The notes under the pieces were generated by a model. The model saw only the letters and a program-made list of their open reading frames with translations. It was not told the origin of the DNA and searched no databases. The position numbers were made by a program, and so were the translations under genes. Of a stretch of DNA of 64,000 bases, positions 16,230 through 27,175 are shown in pieces. The DNA comes from the human T2T-CHM13v2.0 reference genome, Homo sapiens: assembly GCF_009914755.1 (NCBI RefSeq), contig NC_060941.1; one strand, written 5' to 3'. Every line of letters begins with the position of its first letter. Within the stretch, counting starts at the first letter, position 1.

Positions 16230-16750
16230 GGAGCGGTATTGAGATTATAAACATTTACTGCAAATAATTCAAAAGGGGCAGTTAAGAAACATGTGAGCAA
16301 TCGGGACTCTTTTTCATGTCCCACATAGAGCCTGGGGAAAATCTGAACCAATAACAATAAAATAATAAGGCCTAACAGCTGTGGGAATACGATTGTCTCT
16401 TGGGCTCACATGTGGATAATCGAGAGTTAACTCTTAATAAAATAATAAAACGCAGGAGCAGTGGGAATAAAGATTACCTCCTTAGCCAACTGCCAGAGAC
16501 CATATTCAGAAAATAATGACTCCCTTTCTACTCCCCTCATTTTATGGTATGAGATGTAATTGTAGCCGGGCTGTTCGCAAACTTCCAGGGGAAGGTAATT
16601 GTCAATCAAAATGAAAAATGTCATAATTTAAGCGTGTCCCAGCCTGACAAGAAGGTCCATATGGTCTTTCAGTGAGGCGCGTGGAGCGGTGATTTATGAC
16701 TGTCACCAGCCCAGCGCTGTCTCCGAGACATTCAAGGACCGCGTGGGCTG
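16230..16750. promoter_or_regulatory. candidate developmental enhancer with PBX-HOX/MEIS grammar
   Basis: TGATTTATGA (16690-16699) abutting CTGTCA (16700-16705); TGTCAATCA (16600-16608); TTTTATGG; three (C/T)AATAAAA; CATATG E-box; repeat-free. Confidence 0.6.
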
Positions 16751-17664
16751 GACACTCACCTTCGGTGGCAGGGCCACCGAGTCACACTCCACTCTCAGCT
16801 GCAGAGAGTTCCTGACCAGATGACACCAACAACTGTAAGGTCCTTGGTGAGTCCCCACGGCGCAGGAAGAAAGATGATATAAAGAGATGATTGCCACCCA
16901 GAAAACACTGGGAGGAGAGAAAATGACAGAGAAAGAGGACCTGGCCTTAAAATGGGGGGTGAGGGAGGGGTTCTGCCCCACAGTTGCCCACAGCTTTAAC
17001 CTTTATAGCAAAAACCATAAATTCTGGATGTCGCGGGGGGGTCAGTCGTATCTGGTTGGTTGTTGCGTTGCTGTGTTTTTTTTGTCTTACGTTTGGAGGT
17101 TTTGTTTGTTTCCTTTCTAAGGATGCTTAAGTGGGAATGGGTATTAAGGTGGCCATATATTGTTGAGGTTGCCCTGGAAACCAGAAGATAAGAGATGCCC
17201 TCAAACCTGTACCCAGCCAGGGCCTGAGGAACCTCTACACTCCTTTTGCCAGAAGGAAATGTCATTTCAGGGACCCTCCCCCCACCCCCAGCCCCACCCA
17301 CATAAACTAAGGCAGCTTTATGGGCTAGACCCTGCCCCTCGACACACACCATTCCCTAACCAGGAAACTGGAGGGTACATTTTCAGACACCCTAAAGCCA
17401 ATAATTAGACCAGTCTGGGGTTAGAAAAATCCCTGAAGCAGAACAAACTCAACTGTCTGGGCATGTCTGGTGTTCAGCAGAAGGTGCCCTGCCATGTGTC
17501 CCTCAAGGAAACCCAGCACCGCATTTGGTGACCATCCTTTACCTCCTTTGCCTCCTTCTCAAATCCCATGTTCAGGGGCTTAAACTCCCACCTTTGAGGA
17601 TGAACAGAACCCAGATCTGGTTCTGGCTCCTCCTGCTCTGAAGCTTGCCGTATGCAAGCCGGTG

Positions 17665-17820
17665 TGCACACACGCACGCATGCACACACATGCACGCACA
17701 CGTACACACACGTGCACATGCATGCACACACACATATGTGCGCGCAAATACACACGTGTGCGCATGCACATAAATATACACACACTCGCATGCACACACG
17801 TGCGCATACACACGCACACA
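17665..17820. repeat. (CA/CG/TA/TG) alternating purine-pyrimidine tract
   Basis: About 155 bp of near-continuous RY alternation. Confidence 0.9.
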
Positions 17821-18043
17821 ACGGTGCTGTTGTTTTTTTATTTGAAGTAAACACCATCTGTCACCCTAAACGCACAGCAGGGGCTCAGCTGACTGTGGAC
17901 AGCAGCCTGTCTTCCCTTCACTCTCTCAGGTCCACTGGGCCAGGGGGGCGGGAGTTTCTCCCAAAAATCAGGAGATTAGGGAAGCTCCTGGAATGTCTGA
18001 GGACAACAGCAGGAGATTGCAGAGAGCATGTGTCTAATGCTGC

Positions 18044-18092
18044 GTGCACACACACACACACACACACACTCTCACACACACTCTCTCACACG
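18044..18092. repeat. (CA)n microsatellite with CT interruptions
   Basis: Direct inspection. Confidence 0.9.
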
Positions 18093-18139
18093 CCCTCCTT
18101 ACTCTCAGGAGCACCCACCCCACACCCCACACCTCATTG

Positions 18140-18560
18140 CATCCAGTGCCATTAACTGATCGCTTCTCCCGCCGTAATATTCGAGGCTGTTCGGCAAACC
18201 TCCTTCTTTTGTTTCCTCTTCCCCGTGCTGCTCTGCCGTCCTTCTGAGGGGCCTGCTTTGATTAATATCAACCCTCCCTCCCAATCTCTTTCCCAACCAT
18301 TTTAAAGGGCAATTCCTCTTTTCGGCAGGGGCATTGATCAATCGATACCAAGCAGGGGTCGGGATCGATACGGTTCCGGGGTCTTTGGATACTGGGGTTT
18401 GATATCTTTTTCTTCCCCGACCCTCCCCCTTCTGCTACCTAGACCCAGAGCTTTAAGTTCGACTGGAGGGGCTTCTAGAACGCACTGCTGGGGGCCTCAA
18501 GAAGCCCAATGACCTTTAAAACAATGTGATAATCAGCTGGGCGGGACGGCTGCCAAAGAC
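18140..18560. promoter_or_regulatory. candidate enhancer with CUT-homeodomain/TCF/SOX motifs
   Basis: ATTGATCAATCGAT (18333-18346), ATCGAT (18364-18369), CTTTGAT (18256-18262), AACAAT near 18520; CpG retained. Confidence 0.5.
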
Positions 18561-19549
18561 CATCCTGCTAATCCTAGGTGGCAGTCCCCTCCCCTCCCCC
18601 ATCTCTGAAGCTGCCTGCTCTGGTAGCAGCCCCTCTCGTTCAAGAAGCCAGCCTCCCTGATCCCCTGGCTCGCTGGGAGGAGGGCACCAGCCCAGGTGGG
18701 CAGGAGGGTGAGCCCTTGCCGGCCCTCCCACTTCCTCCCTCGCTCCATCCCACCACTTCTTTCCTGCGCTCCCAGATCTGCTGTAACTGACATTTTCCAT
18801 CTGACAGGTTCTGTTTTCCCTGCCTCTGGTTGCCAGGGAAACAAGCGAAGAGGACCGCAGCCAGAGAGCTGTTAGCTGCCTTTTTAAGGCGCCCTGGACA
18901 TAAACAGCACTTTCCATAATGGAAGCTGGGCACGGAGGCTTAAAAAAACCAAAACAATACAGAAGAGGAGGCTAAAGTGGGAAACAGTCGGGGTGGGGTC
19001 CCCACCAGGTTAATGGGAGAGTAAAAGAAGAAATAAAAATCCTAGAAAAATCTCACACTCTTGGACAAAACCAGCCCCCTTCCTGAAAGGTCTGATTCTC
19101 TCCTTGATGTGCAAAAAAGGAGAAACTGGACCTCCAGACCCCTACCTCCTAACGTCTTCTATGAAGCCAAAATCTCTGCAGCCAAGCCTCAGCCCAGCTA
19201 CAGGGAACCTGGGCTCTATTGAGGTGCAGGGGAGCTATTCGGATTGAATCACCCTCCAGGCTAAAAGACGCTCTAATGGAAGTGATGGGGTCCGTCTCCA
19301 ATTTGGAGACCGCGCAGGCCTATCCTTCAGAAAAGGTTAGAGGGTTTTTGTTTTTTGTTTTAATCTTGAGGGACGCTTGCTCCCCAGGCAGCTAGGAGGC
19401 CAGATGCTGGAGTTTGAGAGAAAATGGCTGAACTGTAAGGCAGGCGAGAAGGGAGGGGAGGGTGTCCTCTTCTTCTTTCAGAAAACTTACTAGGGTTGGG
19501 TAGACAGAGATAGCTGTCACTCATCCCTGGGTCTTCTCAAAGCTGCCCT

Positions 19550-19708
19550 TGCTGTGCATGCGTGTGTGTACGTGTGTGTGCATGCGTGTGTGCGTACATG
19601 TCTGTGTGCATGTGTATGTACATGTGTGTGCATGTGTGTGCGTGTGTGTGCGCATGCATGTCTGTGCACGTGCGTGTGTGTGCGTGTGTGAGTGTGTGTG
19701 TGCACAAG
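19550..19708. repeat. (TG/CA/CG) alternating purine-pyrimidine tract
   Basis: Direct inspection. Confidence 0.9.
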
Positions 19709-20039
19709 TGCCTAAACACATGGGCATACTTGGGTGGGCCTTAGTGAGCCCAGTGGGAAGCAGGCAATGTTTACTGGGGAGCCACCACAAGCAACACCCT
19801 GTTTCTTTTCCACTCCTCTTTCCTCCACCTTTACTTCCGCCCCAAGCAACTGAGTAATGGCTTGCTCTTCTCCACGACCACCTCCACCAGACTCTGCCCA
19901 TCTCACCCCAAAAAACTCAGCCCAACACCCCACACTCCTGATCCTGTAGACCTCAATCTTCAAGGCAGGCGACACATCACCAGGAATCACCGGTCACTAT
20001 TTATACTGCGTTTTTCGCCATGTGTTTGCACAGCGTTAG

Positions 20040-20930
20040 ACCTTCTTTCATATGCCATTTGAATGATGTAAAATGCCCTGCCTTGGCCCTGAGTTTCAGG
20101 CCTGCACTTTTATCTTCCTTTGTGCCTTTCAACCTGGACGTCCCAGTGAGCCCATCAAACTCAATCAATTCAGAACAGAACTCATTGCCTTCTCCCCAAA
20201 TTGGCTCCTTCACCCAGAGTTCCTGAGTCAAAGCTGCAGTGCAGTCCATCCCCCACTCCTCTGCCACCGCCACCCACACACACACACCGGGTCTGTCTAT
20301 ACGTCGTCGAACTTCAGATCCTACTTCTTGAGTATTTCCACTCTTTCCATCTGCTCCCATCTTGAGCAGCCCAGGCTCCCACAGTTTTCCCTGAGCTGTT
20401 GCAATTGCCTCCTGATCTGCCACCACCCCCCAACCACCCCTCCATGCCTTCTCCTCCCCTAAGCTGCTGCCAGCAGTCATCTTTCCTTACAGGGACCTGC
20501 CCTGCTGCGGAGCCCGCAGTGATTCTGCTTAAGAGCAGATGCAAAACCCTGAGCCTGGCACCCAATGCCCTTCGCCACCTGACCTTGACTGAGCTTCCCA
20601 GCTCCTTCCCTCTACGCCCGGCCCTCTGACCAGGCCTGCCACGCAGAGACTGGAAGCCCTTTCACACCTCCGTGTCCTCAACCTGGAAGTTTCTGCCTTA
20701 TCCCTGCTCAGCCCAGCAAATGCTGACCCACGTCCCAGTCGAAGCCTCACCTGGCTGAACTGGGGTCCCCTCCATTCAACACTCACCTCTTCTGTGGAGC
20801 ACCACGCCTTCGGTTTGGTTACAGGCTTGTTGCCCCACAGGTCTGAGCACTCTTCGGGGGTTGACACCTTGCCCTGCACCCCCAGCACGAGGTGCAGTGC
20901 ATTGCATGTCACAGGTACTCATAAATGTTC
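20040..20930 (+). mobile_element. L2 3' region
   Basis: CAAACTCAATCAATTCAGAACAGAACTCATT core; ends CAGGTACTCATAAATGTT like the L2 tail. Confidence 0.7.
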
Positions 20931-21146
20931 TCTTTTTGTCTTCGCCGTGGGCCCCGGAAGGGGGAAAGACAGATCTCCTGTAGTAAAAAGGAGGACATGA
21001 CTGTCGTCATCCTGAACGCTTGTCCACATGCATGACGACATCCCTGCATGAAGGAGCAAAGCCGCTGGCTGAGAGGAAGGACCGATTTTAAATGTATTCA
21101 TTTCATAATCTTTACAGTGATATATTAGAAACATTCTAAAGGATTA

Positions 21147-21316
<170 letters not shown>

Positions 21317-21427
21317 TGCAGAGAGACGGTCAGGCTCCAAATTGGAGGAAATGAACTGGGACTGTTTGGGAGGTGCCACAGAGGACGTGGCAAGGGGTCA
21401 GGACAGTGCAGCCTGGATTATGGCACA

Positions 21428-21484
21428 GAGGGGATGCCAGATGGGGGAGGGGACGCCAGATGGGGGAGGGGATGTCAGATGAGG
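21428..21484. repeat. 19-bp G-rich tandem repeat x3
   Basis: GAGGGGA(T/C)G(C/T)CAGATG(G/A)GG x3. Confidence 0.85.
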
Positions 21485-21633
21485 GGTAGCTGCCGTACTG
21501 GCCAGGGGAGGCCAGTGGCTCACACCCTGAACATGCGTGGGGAAGAAAAGAGAATGACCCCAAGGAGGTGATACTCGAGAACACCTAATTTCACATCAGA
21601 AGAGACTGAAACAGGCAGCAAAGAGACCATGAG

Positions 21634-21929
21634 AGCCAGGTGTGGCAGCTCACACCTGTAATCGTAGCACTTTGGGAGGCTGAGGCGGGTGGATCACTTG
21701 AGGTCAGGAGTTTGAGACCAGCCTGGCCAACATGGCAAATCCCCATCTCTACTAAAAATGCAAAAATCAGCTGGGCGTGGTGGCAGGTGCCTGTAATCCC
21801 AGCTACTCGGGAGGCTGAGGCCCGAAAATCACTTGAACCCAGGAGGTGAAGGTTGCAGTGAGTCAATATTGCATCACTACACTCTACCCTAGTGAGACTC
21901 CTTCTCAAAAAAAAAAAAAAAAAAAAAAA
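21634..21929 (+). mobile_element. AluS
   Basis: TSD AGAGACCATGAGA (21622-21634 / 21933-21945). Confidence 0.95.
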
Positions 21930-22045
21930 GACAGAGACCATGAGAATATGTGTGTGATACAGCTGAGAACACGAAGAGCAGAGGCTGAGATGGACAGTCA
22001 GGCAGAGGGGCTCACGGGTGATCTATTTTTTCAAACATATATTTA

Positions 22046-22797
22046 CAGTTGACTCTTGAATAACATGGGTTTGAACCCCATGGGTTCACTTATTCACAGA
22101 TTTTTTTCTGCCTCTGCCACCCCTGAGACAGCAAGACCAGCCTCCCCCCAACACACACACCTTCCTCTTCTTCCCCAGCCTACTCAAAGTGAAGACCTTT
22201 AGGATGATCCAATTCTGCTTAATGATTAGTAAATACGTTTCCTGTTTCTTACAATTTTCTTTTCTTTGCTTTTTTGAGACGGAGTCTCACTCCATCACCC
22301 AGGCTGGAGTGAATTGACACGATCTTGGCTCACTGCAACCTCCACCTCCCAGGTTCAAGCAATTCTCGTGCCTCGGCCTCCCAAGTAGCTGGGACTACAG
22401 GCACCGACCACCACACCTAGCTGATTTTAGTATTTTTAGTAGAGACGGGGTTTCACCACTTTGACCAGATTGGTCTCAAACTCCTGACCTCAAGTGATCC
22501 ACCCACCTCGGCCTCCCAAACTGCTGGGATTACAGGCATGAACCAGCACTCCCAGCCTGCTATTTACAATTTTCTTAATACCGTTTTCTTTTCTGTAGCT
22601 GACTTTATTGTAAGAATAGAGCATATAACACATAAAGACATACAAAGTAGGTGTTCGTTGACTGCTTGTGATATTGGTAAGGCTTCTGATCAAGTAATTA
22701 AGTGTTGAGAAATTGAAATTTATACTCAAATTCTCCACTGCATCGGGGTCTCTAAGGGCCAGCGCCCCTCACCCCCACATTATTCAAGGGTCACCCG
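22046..22797 (+). mobile_element. Tigger2a (MER28) TcMar DNA transposon, split by an Alu
   Basis: TA-CAGTTGACTCTTGAATAA and TTATTCAAGGGTCACCCG inverted termini; internal CCTCTGCCACCCCTGAGACAGCAAGACC. Confidence 0.9.
22262..22557 (-). mobile_element. AluS
   Basis: TSD core TTACAATTTTCTT (22249-22261 / 22564-22576). Confidence 0.95.
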
Positions 22798-23617
22798 CAA
22801 GGCCGTTATGCTATTTTCACACTTACAAAAAAAAAAAAAGAAAACCCAGGGCAATTCCAATGAACCGTTTTGAGATGCTGTGGGGCCTGAGAGGTTGGGG
22901 TACTCAGGGGTGCCGACGTGGGTGTGCAGGCTGGACAGAGGCAAGGGGCTTTGCAAAGGACAGTCCACCAAGATGATGAAACTGGGAGGATGCCAGGGCA
23001 GGTGGAGCTGGAACAGCCCAGGTCGCCATGCCTCCCATCCTGTCTCCCCAGTTCCCTCCCCATCTTTCCACTTGGCTGTGATATGCACTGGGCTGGATAT
23101 GGGCTTCAGTGACCAGCCATCAGCTCCTGCCTCACCTCCTCTAGGGATTCAGGTCACGTGTGACCAAGTGATGGAGACTGGCAACGGCTCCTGCAATGCC
23201 CAATACTGTTAATAACAGTAGGAATAAATTTTGCATTGCTGGTTTGGGGGTGACCGGGAGGGTCTCTAGGGCCACAGCCATCTTCTCCAGGTAGGCTGGA
23301 GCAAAGGCTTGGCTCTGAGGGTCTGGCTTGGATCTCCAGTGCCACCCTAGTACAGACACCACTGATGTCTGTGAGGGGGCCCTCAACACAACGATGCCAA
23401 GCGGCCAGAGACAGTGAAACAGCCCTGAGCTCACAGAAGCAGACAATTTAGGAGCTACCTCTCTGCATTATTCCAACCCTCAGAAACCTCGTGCTTTTCT
23501 TCCCAGAAGCAAAGGGCGCTGACTTGTTATAAATGCCAAGGTTGCCTCAGGAAGCTCAGGATCATTCCAGCATCCAGGTGGCCAAATCCCAGGAGACGAG
23601 AATGATCGTGCATGCAC

Positions 23618-23847
23618 CTCATTTGCGTCACACTTTAATTCACAGAGTGCTTTCCATCTTTCATGTATTTTGTCCTCTCCATTACCCTGTCAGATAAGCA
23701 GGGAAGACATACGTTTACCTTTCCTGTATGTGCGTCACACTTGGACAGCTCACTAAATGGGTTGTCAAGTGATTGCAGAGGGAAACTGAGGCCCTAATAC
23801 CTTAGGTCAACTGTCCAAGAGGCCAGAGTCAGAGCAGGCTCAAAAGG
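23618..23847 (+). repeat. left arm (source) of a ~230-bp inverted duplication; MIR-like remnant
   Basis: Reverse complement of 24255-24484 at about 84% identity by hand alignment. Confidence 0.93.
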
Positions 23848-23914
23848 AGTTAGAAGACTAACTTCTAAGTCAGGACTCTACTTGGATACTATTACCTTCT
23901 AGAAGACATCCCTA

Positions 23915-23962
<48 letters not shown>
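23915..23962. repeat. (ATG)16 perfect trinucleotide microsatellite
   Basis: Direct inspection. Confidence 0.97.
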
Positions 23963-24119
23963 GGGGCTTGTATAAGCTTCATGTTGTGCAGGTTCGTAAT
24001 AGATAATAAAGTTGGAGAGGGGATGAAGAACCAGGCTAAAGAGGATCTTGGTTGTCAAGGTCAGAAGTTTCCACTTTTCTCAGGAGCAGTGGGACCCCAC
24101 ATGTCTTCAGCAGGAAGTA

Positions 24120-24818
24120 TGTAGTGGATTGAATAATGGTCCCCAAAAAGGTGTGTTCATGTCCTAATCCCCAGAACCTGTGACTGAGCTCTTATTTGGA
24201 AAAAGGGTCTTTGCAGATGTAATTAAGTGGAAGGTCTTGAGATGAGGAGACCACCCTTCTGAGTCTGCTCAAACTCTGGCCCCTTAGACAGTTGGTATAA
24301 GGTTTCTGGGCCTCAGTATCCCTCTATAGTCATTTGACAACCCACTAGTGAATTGTCCAAGCGTGATGCACATACAAGAAGGGTAAACATATGTCTTCCC
24401 TGCTTATCTGACGGGCTTGTGGAGGGGACAAAATAAATGAAAGATGGGAAAGTGCTCTGTGAATTAAAGTGTGATGCAAATGAGATAATTATCCTGGAAT
24501 TTGTGGGTGGGCCCTACGTCCAATCATAGGTATCCTTATAAAAGACAGGCAGAGGGAGATTATGCAGACAGCAGAGGTGGAGGTCATGTGACCACGGAGG
24601 CAGAGATTGGAGTGATATGGCCACAAACCAAGGAACACAGCAGCCGGCAAAAACTGGAAGAAGCAAGGAAGTGTTCTCCCCTAGAGCCTCCAAGAGGGAG
24701 CATGGCCCTACCGGATTTCAGACTTGAGGCCTCCAGAGTTGTGAGAGAATAAACTTCCATTGTTTGAAGCCACCAAGCCTGCACTAATTTGTTACGGCGG
24801 CCACAGGACACTCATACA
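24120..24818 (+). mobile_element. MLT1C/D-like MaLR LTR containing a foreign insert
   Basis: TG...CA termini; TTATTTGGAAAAAGGGTCTTTGCAGATGTAATTAAG; GAGAGAATAAAC poly-A signal; LTR sequence breaks at about 24254 and resumes at about 24485. Confidence 0.9.
24255..24484 (-). repeat. right arm (inserted copy) of the inverted duplication
   Basis: See 23618-23847. Confidence 0.93.
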
Positions 24819-25344
24819 GGGTGAAATGTGCAATGCTGGGGGTATGGGCTTGGTTTCATTTGCTGCTCCCTCCACACTCAGGGCAGGCCCTGCTCACCTC
24901 TTTGGACTGATAGAGAGCCAGCCTCTGGGCCTGACCCAAGGTCACAAGGTGGGTGAGTGCCAAGGTGGGACCAGGGCTTGAGTGTCCTCACCGCATCCCA
25001 GGTTCTCCCTCGCCAAACTCCAGAAGGCCAGGTGGGCCGCAGCCACTAAGAACTTTGTCCCTTCACACCCTACTCTGTTTATTTGCTACCTAGACCCTGC
25101 TCAGGATCTACAGATATTTCCATATGATTTTCACCAATGTAGTAAAGATTCAAAAGAAAAAATAGGGGGGTGGTTGGGAGGCAGGCCCCAAGTTCTAGGA
25201 ATATTCATTCCCCTTTTCTCTGCCCATGCTATTGTGGTCATGCATAACTCAGTATAACTCTGAGGAGGCCATGATTGAGGCTGGGGCATCCAGAGAGCCC
25301 TTGGTAATTCCTCCCATTCTCGGGATTATCCATCTTTGAGGTCA

Positions 25345-25465
25345 GACCCAAATCTCTCTGGTCCTCAGTTTTTGCCTCTGCAAAATGGGATCATTTTCAT
25401 GTACTCCCCACAGCTGTTATGAAGGATAAATTCAATCAGATAATGTGTGCAACATGTTCAGGAAG
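25345..25465 (+). mobile_element. MIR fragment
   Basis: CCTCAGTTTTTGCCTCTGCAAAATGGGATC...GTTATGAAGGATAAA. Confidence 0.7.
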
Positions 25466-25486
25466 ATGGACATGTCAAACTCTCCA

Positions 25487-26000
25487 TGGATGATAGTGAT
25501 GATGATGATGATGATGGTAAAGATGATGGTGATGGTGGTGATGATGGTAATGGTGATGATGGTAGTGGTGATGGTGATGGTAGTTAGTGATGATGGTGAT
25601 GGTGATGATAGTGATGATGATGGTGACGGTGGTAATAATGGTGATGGTGACAGTGGTGATGAAGGTGATGGTGATGGTGATAGTGGTGATGATGGTGATG
25701 GCGATGGTGATGGTGATAGTGGTGATGGTGATGATGGTGATGATCGTGATGATGGTGCTGATGGTAATGGTGATGATAATGGTGGTGATGGTGATGGAGG
25801 TGATGCTGGTGATGGTGATGGTGATGGTAGTGGTGGTGATGGTGATAGTGGTGATTATGGTGATGGTGATTATGATGGTGATGGTGATGATGATGGTGAT
25901 AGTGATGGTGGTGGTGATCATGGTGATGGTGATGGTGATGGTGGTGATGATGGTGATGGTGGCGATGATGGTGGTGGTAACGGGGTGATGGTGAAGATAA
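25487..26000. repeat. ~510-bp degenerate (GAT/GGT)n triplet low-complexity repeat
   Basis: Strict period-3 GAT/GGT/AGT/AAT mosaic. Confidence 0.95.
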
Positions 26001-26999
26001 CAAGTGATTGAAATGGGCAAGACTCCCAGGAGGCTGTGGGGCTCATTTAGGGGCCTAGGGAGTCCACAGGAAGAAATCCACATTCTCTAGCCTTTCTAAG
26101 TGAAGCAAACTTGCTGTGATCACACTAGAACAGCACATACAATGCCCAGGTCTCCAGGACCATGCCAGCTGCCCACCCGGAAAAGCTATTTTCCTTTGCT
26201 ACCCATAGAAAACCTTTGGGTGCCTCCACTCCTGGGGCACCGGCAACCCCACCGTCAGCCCTTCATTTCTCTTGCCTTTCCTGGATCAAGGAGCACTGCC
26301 AGGCTGCCTCTATCCCTGAGAGTTAGATCCAAATAACTGCCTTTGTTATGTTAATTTTGCAAGTGTCTCCACTCCCCCCCCCCCCAATTATTTGTCATGC
26401 AGCAATTCCTATGTGTTGCTAAAAATACAAACACATGACTCACACAGCTTCTGGCATGGGTAAAGGAAAGAGAACATGCATGGCCTTTCTGCTCTTCGGA
26501 GCCCAGCCAGGACACCAATCCAGGCTGAGGGGCTGAGAATAAGCTTGTCTCCAGTTGCAGAAGGACAGAAAACAAAAGGCCCAGATGAGACAGAAGGCTC
26601 CAGGCTGGTCAGCTGCATCTCTGGGGCATGACACCACAGTTATGAAATCCTTTGCATCACTTGCTCTGCTATTTGGGGCATTACCTTGTGAAAGGTTCAG
26701 ATCTCAGTTCTTGTTTAGGGTCTTCTGTATTCCACACCCACATGCTCATACCAGCCTCCATGTGCCCAGATGTGCCTGCTACTCTTGGGCCCTCCACAAC
26801 CTTGCACCAGCAAGGGGCGGGATAAATCTTCAGGGCACCACCCTCATTCAGAAAAGGAAGACGGCTCCATTCTCACCCCTTCCCTGTGATTTCCCCCAGC
26901 AGTCCACGTGTCCCTACCCTGGGGATGCTTGTGCAGGTTGGACTTCATTTGCTTCAAGGACAGACCCTGGGGCCAAGAAGCAGCATCTCATGCCAGTGA

Positions 27000-27175
27000 A
27001 GAGATCAAACTCTAGAACTGGCAAATCCGGCTCAGGCAACCTCTGCTTTTTTATCATCCAAATGGGAGCATTAACAGACACCCTTTGAGGGTGATGTGAG
27101 GATTAAGGAAGAGACAACCTGCAAAACCATCAGCCCAATGCCTGACCCAGGGAAAGGTTCAATCAGTGTCATCAC
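27000..27175 (+). mobile_element. MIR fragment
   Basis: TCATCCAAATGGGAG...GTGATGTGAGGATTAAG...AATGCCTGACCCAG. Confidence 0.65.

Noticed and set aside
23915-24124. Poly-Met ORF
   Set aside because: (ATG)16 microsatellite.
25445-26083. Asp/Gly-rich, poly-His and Thr/Ile-rich ORFs
   Set aside because: Triplet low-complexity repeat with no flanking gene structure.
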